Of a stretch of DNA of 64,000 bases, positions 10,917 to 20,422 are shown piece by piece (position 1 is the first letter of the stretch; the number at the start of each line of letters is the position of its first letter). The DNA comes from Bacillota bacterium (lineage in GTDB: Bacteria > Bacillota > Bacilli > Paenibacillales > JBEGSW01): assembly GCA_041179705.1 (NCBI GenBank), contig JBEGSW010000032.1, forward strand, positions 70,446-134,445. Direction: 5' to 3'. Under the pieces are notes generated by a model. It was not told where the DNA came from, made no database searches, and was given only the letters and a program-made list of their open reading frames with translations. Position numbers and translations under genes: made by a program.

Positions 10917-11342
10917 TTACAATTTCTGGTACACGAGCCAATCAAACAAACTGCCACTGATCTTCCCTAGGACAACAGCGATTAACAAAATACCTAGGCT
11001 ATGCTGAATTCGTAGTCGCTTGGAAATAATCGGAATCACGTTAAGCACTTCAATCAAAGATGCTGCAAGCAATCCCATGAACATCCCTTGTAAACCACCA
11101 ATCAAAGCAACGAACACCGGTGTGATACGAAACGTCCATTCGAAGAAATGTGCAAGCGTAAATAAAAGAGAACCTGCAACTAGCGCGACTTCGAAAGCGT
11201 GAACCACATTTGAGCTTCGAGATAATTGAGACAGACGCGGTAAAATATCCAAAACGGTGATCAACGCAACAAGACTTGTCCCAACCGCGATTCCACCAGC
11301 CAAACCTAGAATGATTAACAACAAATGTACAAGAATACTCAT
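10917..11342 (-). CDS. spoVAB: Stage V sporulation protein AB
   Basis: A 141-aa polytopic membrane protein. Its start ATG overlaps the spoVAA stop as ATGA, and its size matches B. subtilis SpoVAB as I recall it. Confidence 0.8.
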   Translation of the reverse strand: MSILVHLLLIILGLAGGIAVGTSLVALITVLDILPRLSQLSRSSNVVHAFEVALVAGSLLFTLAHFFEWTFRITPVFVALIGGLQGMFMGLLAASLIEVLNVIPIISKRLRIQHSLGILLIAVVLGKISGSLFDWLVYQKL

Positions 11343-11959
11343 GAAGTGGAGCCACCCCTTGCTGATTTTTGTTGAGCCTGCTGTGCGATCACACATTTAT
11401 TTAGACTATCTTGATAGGTCTGCATTTCTACATCTAATGGATTTGGTTCATTGTTAATTTTTTTCTTAAACCAACGATTGAAGAACAAAATCATTCCCCC
11501 TCCCAAGCCAATCGAATACGGAATTTGTAACCAGAGCGGAAAATGTTCCGTTTTGCCTGTTAGTAAGGTATATAACGTACGATGAACTTTGGCCATCGCC
11601 ACATCTGCATGAAAATCCATAACTGCGAGACCCGCTCCAAAAAACAACAAAATCGAAGCAAACCCAACAAAGAACCAGTTTGTCTTCTGAGGTTTTTTGT
11701 ATATGTCTATGATGGTTTCTAAATCCCCATAGTACTGAATTTGAACATCTGGAATAAGTTGCTGTAGCTTCGCGATAACCTCTAGGATTTCGATGACAAG
11801 CAAATCATCCTGGTTCGACTTCGCTTTCGTTAACGTAACTTCATTTATCGGCTTTACCCATTCTGCTGGCGCTAAAATTTGGGCAATGTCTTTTATTTTT
11901 ATTAAATATCCCTCGGGACGACGGATCCTTTTTTGTAGTCTGACGTGAACTTGAATCAT
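11339..11959 (-). CDS. spoVAA: Stage V sporulation protein AA
   Basis: A 206-aa protein with C-terminal TM helices. It is the first gene after sigF, as in the B. subtilis spoVA operon. Confidence 0.8.
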   Translation of the reverse strand: MIQVHVRLQKRIRRPEGYLIKIKDIAQILAPAEWVKPINEVTLTKAKSNQDDLLVIEILEVIAKLQQLIPDVQIQYYGDLETIIDIYKKPQKTNWFFVGFASILLFFGAGLAVMDFHADVAMAKVHRTLYTLLTGKTEHFPLWLQIPYSIGLGGGMILFFNRWFKKKINNEPNPLDVEMQTYQDSLNKCVIAQQAQQKSARGGSTS

Positions 11960-12013
11960 GCATGCTCATCTCCATTTTTCATTTAGTATCTGATGTTAGG
12001 GATGGTTTTCATT

Positions 12014-12048
12014 CAAAAAAAATACGTCAACGCAGGTAGCGTTGACGC
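12014..12048 (-). terminator. Terminator after sigF
   Basis: The stem CGTCAACGC / GCGTTGACG with loop AGGTA is followed by a T8 run on the minus strand. Confidence 0.85.
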
Positions 12049-12060
12049 AAAAAGTTTGCT

Positions 12061-12792
12061 TTATAAGGCAATTTCCGTTTTGATTTGCTGTAGGATTTTT
12101 TTCTCTAATCTTGAAACTTGAACTTGTGAAATCCCTAATCGTGCTGCCACTTCTGCTTGCGTTTGGTCGCGATAATAGCGCAAATAAACAATCATTCTAT
12201 CCCGCTCGTTCATGGCTTGCAACACTTCCTTTAGTGCAAATTGATCAAACCATTTCTCGTGATTTTCGTCAGCAATTTGATCAATAAGCGCAATTGGATC
12301 GCCATCATTTTCATAAATCGTCTCATAAATAGAGGTCGGCGCCTGTGTTGCGGTCATCGCATAGACAATATCCTCACTTGTCATATGTAGTAACCCAGCC
12401 AATTCATTTATCGTGGGGCTACGGCCGTTTTCTTTCGTGAATGAATCCCGTGCTCTTCGAATTTTATTACCCGTTTCTTTGATCGTTCGACTAACCTTGA
12501 TTACACCATCATCCCTTAAAAAACGTTGCATTTCACCAATAATCATCGGTACAGCATACGTCGAAAATTTAACATCAAATCGCAAATCAAATTTATCTAT
12601 CGCTTTAATAAGTCCAATACATCCAATTTGAAACAAATCATCCGCATCATGGCCACGTCCTAAAAAACGTTGTACAATCGACCACACTAATCGGGTGTTT
12701 GACTCAACTAATGTGTCCCTTGCAGTCCGCTCTCCTGCTTGACTAAGCGAGATTAGCCGTTTCACCTCTGTGTCATCCAAGTATGTCTTCAT
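12061..12792 (-). CDS. sigF: Sporulation sigma factor F
   Basis: A sigma-70 family protein with regions 2-4 (DLFQIGCIGLIKAIDKFD, ..GISQVQVSRLEK). It follows spoIIAA-spoIIAB. Confidence 0.95.
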   Translation of the reverse strand: MKTYLDDTEVKRLISLSQAGERTARDTLVESNTRLVWSIVQRFLGRGHDADDLFQIGCIGLIKAIDKFDLRFDVKFSTYAVPMIIGEMQRFLRDDGVIKVSRTIKETGNKIRRARDSFTKENGRSPTINELAGLLHMTSEDIVYAMTATQAPTSIYETIYENDGDPIALIDQIADENHEKWFDQFALKEVLQAMNERDRMIVYLRYYRDQTQAEVAARLGISQVQVSRLEKKILQQIKTEIAL

Positions 12793-12804
12793 GGTTTACC
12801 GCTC

Positions 12805-13245
12805 CTAATTCATCTGCGTTAGGTCATTCGATATTTGCTTAATCATTTGAATCCGAGTGCCTAAACCAACGCCAGAATGCACGGTGATCTCATCCATGAA
12901 ATTCTCCATAATCGTAAAACCCATCCCAGAACGTTCCATTTCTGGTTTAGACGTATAAAGCGGTTGTCTTGCTTCTTCAACATCCGCAATTCCTAAGCCT
13001 GAATCTTCAATATTCAAATGAAGCGTATGATTTATGATGCTTGCAGATACAGTCACAACCCCTTCTGGATTCCCTTCATAGCCATGAATAATTGCATTTG
13101 TGACAGCTTCAGAAACAACTGTCTTAATATCCGTTAATTCTTCGACAGTTGGATCTAATTGTGCGACGAATGCAGCAACGGCAACACGTGCAAACGATTC
13201 ATTATTGGATACAGCAGCAAATTGCAATTTCATAAAATTATTCAT
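12805..13245 (-). CDS. spoIIAB: Anti-sigma F factor (serine kinase)
   Basis: It has a GHKL ATPase fold ([21 protein letters not shown]) and is 146 aa. Confidence 0.95.
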   Translation of the reverse strand: MNNFMKLQFAAVSNNESFARVAVAAFVAQLDPTVEELTDIKTVVSEAVTNAIIHGYEGNPEGVVTVSASIINHTLHLNIEDSGLGIADVEEARQPLYTSKPEMERSGMGFTIMENFMDEITVHSGVGLGTRIQMIKQISNDLTQMN

Positions 13246-13598
13246 TAGGATACAACCTCCAAACTTGCCAGCGCCTCAGATTCAGACGGGTGAACAGAAA
13301 TTATTTTAAACAAGCCCGACATTTCAAAAATGCGATAAATCGATGGATGCACATCACTTACTACCATCTGTCCACCACGTTCCATGATTTGCTTATAGCG
13401 ACCAATCAGTACGCCAAGTCCTGAACTATCCATAAAGGTTAATTCATTTAAATTGATAAGCATGTGCGTAAATGTGTTCATGGCGATCTGTTCTTCTAAA
13501 TGGCTTTTCACTTTTTCTGCCGTGTGATGATCAAGTTCTCCTTGTAATCTGACAATAAGCGTGTGTTCAATTCGTTCTGTCTGCATCTTTAAACTCAT
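13245..13598 (-). CDS. spoIIAA: Anti-sigma F factor antagonist (STAS domain)
   Basis: It has a STAS domain with the phosphorylatable Ser motif (FMDSSGLGV) and is 117 aa. Confidence 0.95.
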   Translation of the reverse strand: MSLKMQTERIEHTLIVRLQGELDHHTAEKVKSHLEEQIAMNTFTHMLINLNELTFMDSSGLGVLIGRYKQIMERGGQMVVSDVHPSIYRIFEMSGLFKIISVHPSESEALASLEVVS

Positions 13599-13731
13599 CT
13601 TTCATCTCTCCCTTTCTTGTAACTACAATTTTCACTAGATTTATAAATTCAATCCTAGTATTGGCAATGTGTAGTCGTTTCATACGAATTATGTATTCAT
13701 AGAATTAAAAAGACTGTCAGTATAAGTCGAT

Positions 13732-13771
13732 AAAATAAAAAAAGACATTGAATACTACATTCAATGTCTTT
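13732..13771 (-). terminator. Terminator after dacF
   Basis: A 13-bp stem (AAAGACATTGAAT / ATTCAATGTCTTT) is followed by a T-run on the minus strand. Confidence 0.85.
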
Positions 13772-13782
13772 ACTACCATGTA

Positions 13783-14955
13783 TTAGTGATTTGTGAGCAT
13801 TGTGAGTTGGCGAAACAATCGTTTGAAATCGATCCAAAGATTCGTCTGTTGCACGGATTGTGGGGATTGAATTGCATATTTTTTAACGGTTTTATCCCCT
13901 TGATAGATATGAATATGACCTAGGATTTGCCCCTTTTTTATCGGCGCCACGATGTTCCTCTTCCAACGCAGTTCATAGCGATACTTGTTCGCTTGGATGT
14001 GATCCTTTTGCGCAAAGATCGAATAGTCTCGCATCGCTTTCATTTTCAACGATTGTGGTTCGCCTTTTGAAATCCGTATCGTCCCGAGCGCCTCACCTTT
14101 TTTGATGAGTACTTTACTTGCATATTGCGAAAATGCATAATCCATTAGTTTTGATGTTTCGGCATTTCTGATTTTCGAACTTGGTTCGCCTAAGACAACT
14201 GCGATGACCCGAACGTTTCCGCGTTTGGCCGTTGCTGCGATGCAGAATTTGGCTTCACCAGTATAACCTGTCTTTAAACCATCTGCTCCTTTATAGAAGC
14301 GAATAAGTTTATTCGTATTAACGAGCCAAAATGGCTCCTTTGTATTTTCACGTAAATACCCCTGGTATTGACCTGTATATTTCAAAACTTCTGGATACTG
14401 CACCAACTTCATGCCAATCAATGCAATATCACGAGCGGAACTATAATGATTCGCCACAGGGAGACCGTTGGTATTCACAAAATGGGTGTTTTTTAAACCA
14501 AGTTGTTTAGCTCGCTCATTCATTTTGTTGACAAATAATGCTTCCGAACCCGCAACTTTCTCAGCAATTGCGACAGAAGCATCATTGCCAGAGGCAAGTG
14601 CAATCCCTTTAAATAAATCACTTACACTCATCTGCTCTCCGGGTTCGAGAAAAATTTGCGAGCCACCCATTGATGCTGCATGCTCACTTATCGATACGAG
14701 GTCGTCCCACTTCAACGTCTTTCGTTCGATGGCTTCGACTACTAATAACATGGTCATCATTTTTGTAATACTTGCAGGTGGTAACTGTTTATCCGCGTCT
14801 TTCTCGAATAGCACTGTACCCGTTGCTGCATCCATAAGAATCGCCGATTTCGCCTCAGGTGCAAGGTCGATTTTCACCTCAGCTGATCCAACCAAGGGGA
14901 CAGATAATAGAGAAATAACCAATGTTGAAACAATCCATACTCGCACATTCTTCAT
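13783..14955 (-). CDS. dacF: D-alanyl-D-alanine carboxypeptidase (forespore PBP)
   Basis: It has a signal peptide, SxxK (ASITK), SGN and KTG motifs, and a C-terminal PBP5 domain. It lies immediately upstream of spoIIA. Confidence 0.85.
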   Translation of the reverse strand: MKNVRVWIVSTLVISLLSVPLVGSAEVKIDLAPEAKSAILMDAATGTVLFEKDADKQLPPASITKMMTMLLVVEAIERKTLKWDDLVSISEHAASMGGSQIFLEPGEQMSVSDLFKGIALASGNDASVAIAEKVAGSEALFVNKMNERAKQLGLKNTHFVNTNGLPVANHYSSARDIALIGMKLVQYPEVLKYTGQYQGYLRENTKEPFWLVNTNKLIRFYKGADGLKTGYTGEAKFCIAATAKRGNVRVIAVVLGEPSSKIRNAETSKLMDYAFSQYASKVLIKKGEALGTIRISKGEPQSLKMKAMRDYSIFAQKDHIQANKYRYELRWKRNIVAPIKKGQILGHIHIYQGDKTVKKYAIQSPQSVQQTNLWIDFKRLFRQLTMLTNH

Positions 14956-15034
14956 CGTTTTCAGGGGAACTCCTTTCCATAGCCAAACTTACTTTCTTGC
15001 TATCAAGTATGCCCCTTCATTTAGCAAATCATTC

Positions 15035-16375
15035 CTAAGCTTCATTAAAATATCGGACACCATTTGCATCTACGATGGCATAGATTAATTTCGATTGTGG
15101 CACGTGTTCCGATTGAATTCGAAATGCCCGATTAACGCGGTTTTTCGCTTCATCTAATCGTTCTGTATCACTCGCATTCACTAATAATTCTGCAAGAATT
15201 TCGCCTTGCTTCACGCGATTGCCGACTTTTGCGTATACATTTACGCCGACCGAGTGATCAATCTTAGCATCCTTCGTTTCTCTTCCGGCTCCCAGCAACA
15301 TCGCAGTAAGCCCTATTTCTTCAGCCTGGATTTCAGCGATATAACCATCTGCATGCGAATGAATCGGGATAATCTGTTTGGGCTGAGGGAGTTTCTCTAA
15401 ATCTTGAATAAATGCAGGATCTCCACCTTGTGCCTCTACCAATTGTTGCAGCTTGGCAAGCGCACTTCCATCTGCTATACAGGTTCGCAAAATTTCTTTA
15501 GCAGTTTGAATATCAGTCGCTTGACCGCCAAGCAAGACCATATTAGCCCCAAGTTCCAGGCAAAGTTGCGTTAAATCTGCAGGACCTTGCCCCTTTAACG
15601 TGCGTACGGCTTCTGCAACTTCATTTGCATTTCCGACTGCTTCACCCAATGGTTGATCCATATCGCTAATAATAGCAACAGTATGGCGACCGGTGAGTGT
15701 GCCAATTTCCACCATCGCGCGAGCAAGTTCGATTGCATCAGCCAAGGTCTTCATAAATGCCCCTTTACCCGTCTTCACATCAAGCACAATCGCTTTGGCC
15801 CCAGAGGCAATTTTCTTACTCATGATTGATGCTGCAATGAGCGGAATCGATTCGACGGTCGCTGTTACATCGCGGAGCGCATAAAGTTTCTTATCAGCAG
15901 GTGTCATTTCACCCGACTGGCCAATCACTGCAATGCCAATTTCTTTAATCTGTTGATAAAACTGCGCCTGACTCATTTCTACTTGGAAGCCGGAAATCGC
16001 CTCTAATTTATCAATAGTTCCGCCAGTATGACCAAGTCCTCGACCTGACATCTTCGCAACAGAAACACCAGCAGCGGCTACAAGCGGCCCTAATACAAGC
16101 GTTGTCGTATCACCAACGCCTCCAGTACTATGCTTATCAACATTCATGCCTGGAATTGCATCGGGTTGAATGGAATCGCCGGAATGAACCATAGCCATAG
16201 TTAAATAAGCTGTTTCTTCAGCGTTCATGCCCTGAAAATAAACAGCCATCGCCCAAGCAGATAATTGATAATCTGGGATGATTCCTTTCGTGAAGCCAGC
16301 AATTAGGAAATCAATTTCTTCTTTCGTATGTTCGTGTCCATTTCTTTTCTTCGCAATTAGATCAACCGTTCTCAT
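15035..16375 (-). CDS. pdp: Pyrimidine-nucleoside phosphorylase
   Basis: The translation belongs to the thymidine/pyrimidine nucleoside phosphorylase family (HSTGGVGD, SGRGLGHTGGT). Confidence 0.9.
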   Translation of the reverse strand: MRTVDLIAKKRNGHEHTKEEIDFLIAGFTKGIIPDYQLSAWAMAVYFQGMNAEETAYLTMAMVHSGDSIQPDAIPGMNVDKHSTGGVGDTTTLVLGPLVAAAGVSVAKMSGRGLGHTGGTIDKLEAISGFQVEMSQAQFYQQIKEIGIAVIGQSGEMTPADKKLYALRDVTATVESIPLIAASIMSKKIASGAKAIVLDVKTGKGAFMKTLADAIELARAMVEIGTLTGRHTVAIISDMDQPLGEAVGNANEVAEAVRTLKGQGPADLTQLCLELGANMVLLGGQATDIQTAKEILRTCIADGSALAKLQQLVEAQGGDPAFIQDLEKLPQPKQIIPIHSHADGYIAEIQAEEIGLTAMLLGAGRETKDAKIDHSVGVNVYAKVGNRVKQGEILAELLVNASDTERLDEAKNRVNRAFRIQSEHVPQSKLIYAIVDANGVRYFNEA

Positions 16376-16400
16376 CTATGCACCCCGTTCGAAGGTAGGA

Positions 16401-17210
16401 TTAAATGCGTGGAATTATTCCCAACACGAGATTTAAGAATGTCTGTTGTACACGTCCCGTTGTCTCCATGACTTCATCGTGTGAAAGGGGTTGATCCAAA
16501 ATACCAGCTGCCATATTACTGATACAGGAAATGCCCAATACTTCAATACCTGCGTGTCTGGCAGTAATTGTCTCTGCAACCGTCGACATGCCTACTGCAT
16601 CTCCACCTAATGTACGAATCATCCGAATTTCAGCTGGTGTTTCATATGACGGACCAAGTAAGCCAAGATATACGCCTTGTTGTAATGCAATGTTCTGCTC
16701 AGCGGCAACTTCTAGAGCAATTTGACGCATGCGTTTGCTGTATGCCTCAGACATATCCGGGAATCGAACGCCAAATTCATCGGCATTCGCTCCAAGCAAT
16801 GGATTGGTGAATTGGAAATTTAAATGGTCCGTGATTAGCATTAAGTCCCCAGGCTTGTATGCTGTATTAACACCGCCCGAAGCATTGGTGACGAGCATTT
16901 TGGTTACGCCCAATTTACGCATCACGCGAACAGGGAATGCCACCTGCTGAACCTGATACCCTTCATATAAATGAAAACGGCCTTTCATCACAACGACATG
17001 CTTCCCATGTAATTCTCCAACTACTAATTCACCAGCATGTCCCTCGACTGTAGATACTGGGAAGTTGGGAATTTCCTTATATGGAATAACGATAGGGTTT
17101 TTAACTAAATCAGCAACCATCCCCAGACCTGAGCCTAAAATAAGTCCAATTTCGGGTTGTACGTTAAGTTTGGTTTGGATATACGATACAGCTTGATCGA
17201 TTTGATTCAT
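16401..17210 (-). CDS. punA: Purine nucleoside phosphorylase (trimeric PNP family)
   Basis: The translation is PNP/MTAP family. The start was set at ATG 17210, 7 nt after GGAGGA. Confidence 0.9.
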   Translation of the reverse strand: MNQIDQAVSYIQTKLNVQPEIGLILGSGLGMVADLVKNPIVIPYKEIPNFPVSTVEGHAGELVVGELHGKHVVVMKGRFHLYEGYQVQQVAFPVRVMRKLGVTKMLVTNASGGVNTAYKPGDLMLITDHLNFQFTNPLLGANADEFGVRFPDMSEAYSKRMRQIALEVAAEQNIALQQGVYLGLLGPSYETPAEIRMIRTLGGDAVGMSTVAETITARHAGIEVLGISCISNMAAGILDQPLSHDEVMETTGRVQQTFLNLVLGIIPRI

Positions 17211-17243
17211 GATGCATTCCTCCATTTCATTGTCTTTCGCAGT

Positions 17244-18413
17244 TTAGATTTCAGCTAACAAGCTAGTCCCATTGGTAAAATTCGAAATTCCAAAATTATC
17301 TAGAATCGTCGCCCCTACATCTGCAAAGGTCGTTCGAACCCCAAGTGATTGCCCAGCTCTTCTTTTTTTATTATAAGCCAAAATTGGTACATATTCTCTT
17401 GTATGATCCGTACCCAAATGGGTAGGGTCATTGCCATGATCAGCAGTGATTATTAATAAGTCGTTTTCATTGAGGTGATTAATGATTTCCGGTAACCATT
17501 GATCAAACTGTTCAAGCGCTTTGCCATAGCCAACGGGATCTCGACGATGACCAAATAAAGAATCAAAATCAACTAAATTGGTGAACAGTAATCCTTCGAA
17601 ATCCGACTTTAGTTGTTCAATTGTTTGTTGAATTCCATCTAAATTACTACTCGTATGGATTGATTTCGTTATCCCTTGTCCGCTAAAAATATCGCTGATT
17701 TTGCCAACTGCAACTACTTCTTTCTTTGCTTCTTTTAAATGATCGAGCACTGTTGGTTCAGGTGGCGCGATAGCATAATCATGGCGATTGCTTGTGCGTC
17801 GAAATGCACCTGTTTCGCCTACATATGGACGAGCTATCACACGCCCTACCGCAAACTCAGGTTGTAACGTCAATTCTCGTGCAATTTCACAGGCGCGATA
17901 CAATTCATCCAATGGAATCACTTGTTCATGTGCAGCGATTTGGAACACACTATCAGCTGATGTGTAAACAATCCATTCACCCGTTTGCATTTGTATTTCG
18001 CCCAATTCATCTAGGATTTCTGTACCTGAAGCAGGTTTATTTCCAATAACTTTGCGACCAGTTTGTTGCTCAAAGGCTTGAATTAAAGCCGCTGGAAAGC
18101 CATCTGGATATGTCTGAAAAGGGTACGAGACATGTAACCCCATTAACTCCCAGTGTCCCGTCATCGTATCTTTCCCAACTGAGGTCTCAATCATTTTCCC
18201 ATAGCATGCAGTCGGTGATGAAACTTCGTTGATACCAGGTAGCTTTGCAATGTTCGCTAATCCCAACTTGCACAGATTTGGAAGTTGTATTGTTGAATAT
18301 TCCTCACAAATATGTGCTAGCGTATGTGTGCCAACATCCCCATATAAATGAGCATCAGGCGCTTCGCCAATTCCAACACTATCTAAAACAATAACAATGA
18401 TTCGGTTAAACAT
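17244..18413 (-). CDS. deoB: Phosphopentomutase
   Basis: [21 protein letters not shown].. with alkaline-phosphatase-superfamily metal ligands (TADHGNDP). Confidence 0.95.
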   Translation of the reverse strand: MFNRIIVIVLDSVGIGEAPDAHLYGDVGTHTLAHICEEYSTIQLPNLCKLGLANIAKLPGINEVSSPTACYGKMIETSVGKDTMTGHWELMGLHVSYPFQTYPDGFPAALIQAFEQQTGRKVIGNKPASGTEILDELGEIQMQTGEWIVYTSADSVFQIAAHEQVIPLDELYRACEIARELTLQPEFAVGRVIARPYVGETGAFRRTSNRHDYAIAPPEPTVLDHLKEAKKEVVAVGKISDIFSGQGITKSIHTSSNLDGIQQTIEQLKSDFEGLLFTNLVDFDSLFGHRRDPVGYGKALEQFDQWLPEIINHLNENDLLIITADHGNDPTHLGTDHTREYVPILAYNKKRRAGQSLGVRTTFADVGATILDNFGISNFTNGTSLLAEI

Positions 18414-18426
18414 ATTTCCACATCCT

Positions 18427-18590
18427 TACTTTTCGCTAGTTGCTCGCACTGCATCTCCCACTGGTGGTCGGACTTCTCTACTTGGTATAACCTCTTTTAT
18501 CCAATAATTATACAAATAGCAAATGGAAACGAGAAGTGTGAAGTAAATGAAGATTAACGTCATAAATTGTGCAGTACGTCTTGGCCTCAT
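18427..18590 (-). CDS. Small membrane protein, possibly YqzK/DUF4227-like
   Basis: This hand-found 54-codon ORF is below the ORF-track cutoff: MRPRRTAQFMTLIFIYFTLLVSICYLYNYWIKEVIPSREVRPPVGDAVRATSEK. It has one TM helix and RBS GAAGGGATGG upstream. It occupies the position of yqzK next to fur in B. subtilis. Confidence 0.4.
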
Positions 18591-18623
18591 TATTATCCAT
18601 CCCTTCGATTTCGGGCTTGGTTA

Positions 18624-18652
18624 TAAATAAAAGCACGCTATTGCTAGCGTGC
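18624..18652 (-). terminator. Terminator after fur
   Basis: The stem GCACGCTA / TAGCGTGC with loop TTGC is followed by TTTTATTT on the minus strand. Confidence 0.8.
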
Positions 18653-18668
18653 AGATGATGTAAAGGTA

Positions 18669-19118
18669 TTAAGATTCATTTTTCTTCTGACACCGGTGAC
18701 AAATGCCTTGGAAATCAAGCCGATGATCAATGACTCTAAAGTTGAATTCACGTTCAAGGCGTTCCTCTAAAGGGCCTAACCAGTCGTCCTTGATTTCGTC
18801 CATTGATCCACATTGGACACAAATTAAATGGTGATGATGGTGATGATTGCTATCGTTGCGTAAATCATAACGTGCAACGCCATCACCAAAATTAAGTTTC
18901 TCAACAATATGTAATTCACTTAATAATTCAAGTGTACGATATACGGTAGCTAAACCGATTTCCGGTGCCTTGTCTTTGACAAGCATAAATACATCTTCAG
19001 CACTGAGATGATCGTCCTCATTTTCGAGAAGAACACGAACAGTTGCCTCACGTTGTGGGGTGAGTTTGTACTCTTGCGATTGGAGTTGTTGTTTGATTTT
19101 ATCAATTTTTGATTCCAT
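18669..19118 (-). CDS. fur: Fur-family metalloregulator (ferric uptake regulator type)
   Basis: It has a winged-helix N-terminal domain, a His cluster, and CxxC...CxxC (CVQCG, CHRC). It lies next to spoIIM as in B. subtilis. Confidence 0.85.
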   Translation of the reverse strand: MESKIDKIKQQLQSQEYKLTPQREATVRVLLENEDDHLSAEDVFMLVKDKAPEIGLATVYRTLELLSELHIVEKLNFGDGVARYDLRNDSNHHHHHHLICVQCGSMDEIKDDWLGPLEERLEREFNFRVIDHRLDFQGICHRCQKKNES

Positions 19119-19173
19119 AATTGCCTCCGCTCGACTTCAACAATAACTTGTACTAATTATAGGTTTTACCCTT

Positions 19174-19776
19174 TTAATTGGCAAGTAACCACGGTGTGAT
19201 GAATTGCAATAACTTCGGCGTAACAAACGATTCAAATAATGTCGCAAGCAATGTGATAACACCCATCATAAGCGTAACCTGAGTAAGATTCCATACCATC
19301 GGAGTCAATTTGCGATGTTTAATCACATAAAGAGAATAAGCAATTGCCATTACACTCGTAATAAAAAGTGCGGGAATCAATAAAAGTTGTTGTGGCGTTA
19401 CAGAAACGAACGTCATAATCACACCTTTCCAAGCCATTCGATCTATTAAATAACGGACCGTAAACCCTAAAAGTGCACCCTTAAGGAAATTAAATATAAG
19501 AACGAATGGCAAACCAATCACTGAAAGTCCCAACAGTGCAATCAATAGGATCCATTTCAAATTATTAAACAGAGAATGTACGAACAATGCCTTTGATTCG
19601 ATTGGATTGGTTTGATCAAATGTCTGAAAAAAATGACTCAAATAGGCTGACAAATCTTGCTTCTGCCCTAGCGTCAACTGATTGACCATCAGCGCGCCAA
19701 ATAACACACCCATCACAAATAAAATAGCTACAAATGCAAACAAAGGAACTTGCTCGCGAAGTTTAAAGGGGGTCAT
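19174..19776 (-). CDS. spoIIM: Stage II sporulation protein M
   Basis: A polytopic membrane protein with an N-terminus similar to SpoIIM (..LFGALMVNQLTLGQKQDLSAYLSHFF). Confidence 0.8.
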   Translation of the reverse strand: MTPFKLREQVPLFAFVAILFVMGVLFGALMVNQLTLGQKQDLSAYLSHFFQTFDQTNPIESKALFVHSLFNNLKWILLIALLGLSVIGLPFVLIFNFLKGALLGFTVRYLIDRMAWKGVIMTFVSVTPQQLLLIPALFITSVMAIAYSLYVIKHRKLTPMVWNLTQVTLMMGVITLLATLFESFVTPKLLQFITPWLLAN

Positions 19777-19849
19777 TGGGTATTGCTCCTCCCACGATGT
19801 TTATCCAAGTATATTCGTGGGATGAAAAGAATATGTACATTTGCTTAAG

Positions 19850-20413
19850 TTATGTCCAACTTCCGTTCATAAGGTAGCGATTCCAAGCGAGAATTGCCAT
19901 AATTGTCTTCGCATCTTGGATTGATCCATTCGCAATGGCTGCTTGCGCCTCTTCCATCGTGAATCTCTCCACATTCAAAAACTCATCTTCATCCAGACTA
20001 GCTTCACCTGGCGTTAAATCTTCCGCCACATAGAGATGAATCAATTCATCACAGAAACCAATCGCGGAGTAGAAACTAAATAATTTAGTCATGGATCCAG
20101 CTATGTAGCCTGTCTCTTCCTTTAACTCCCGTCTTGCTGCAGATTCAGGATCCTCCTGTTTGGAATCCAATTTCCCTGCTGGAATTTCTACCATGCTACG
20201 ACCAATAACCTTTCGATATTGTTCGACTAGTAACAGTTTATCCTCGATTATCGCAATCACACATACAGCACCATGATGTCGAACTAATTCGCGCTTTGAG
20301 ATACTCCCGTTTGGCAATTCGACTGTATCGATTTCCACTTTGAAAATCTTCCCCGTAAAAATGTGCTCCGTCGAAATCGTCTTTTCTTCGAATAATTGAT
20401 TTGATTTTGACAT
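19850..20413 (-). CDS. nudF: ADP-ribose pyrophosphatase (Nudix hydrolase)
   Basis: A Nudix box is present (GKLDSKQEDPESAARRELKEETG). Confidence 0.85.
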   Translation of the reverse strand: MSKSNQLFEEKTISTEHIFTGKIFKVEIDTVELPNGSISKRELVRHHGAVCVIAIIEDKLLLVEQYRKVIGRSMVEIPAGKLDSKQEDPESAARRELKEETGYIAGSMTKLFSFYSAIGFCDELIHLYVAEDLTPGEASLDEDEFLNVERFTMEEAQAAIANGSIQDAKTIMAILAWNRYLMNGSWT

Positions 20414-20422
20414 CTTATCTCC

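Noticed and set aside
10754-11355. 67-aa and 101-aa minus-strand ORFs overlapping spoVAF and spoVAB in other frames
   Set aside because: They are shadow frames of recognisable sporulation genes and lack independent RBS support.
13599-13731. Sigma-H promoter and 0A boxes for spoIIA
   Set aside because: I found AGGATT and GAAAAT elements, but the 17 nt spacing does not fit the sigma-H consensus and no exact 0A box is present. A promoter is expected here on biological grounds, but I cannot place it from sequence alone.
14468-15088. 206-aa plus-strand ORF
   Set aside because: It is antisense to dacF, whose translation carries all PBP motifs. It is a shadow ORF.
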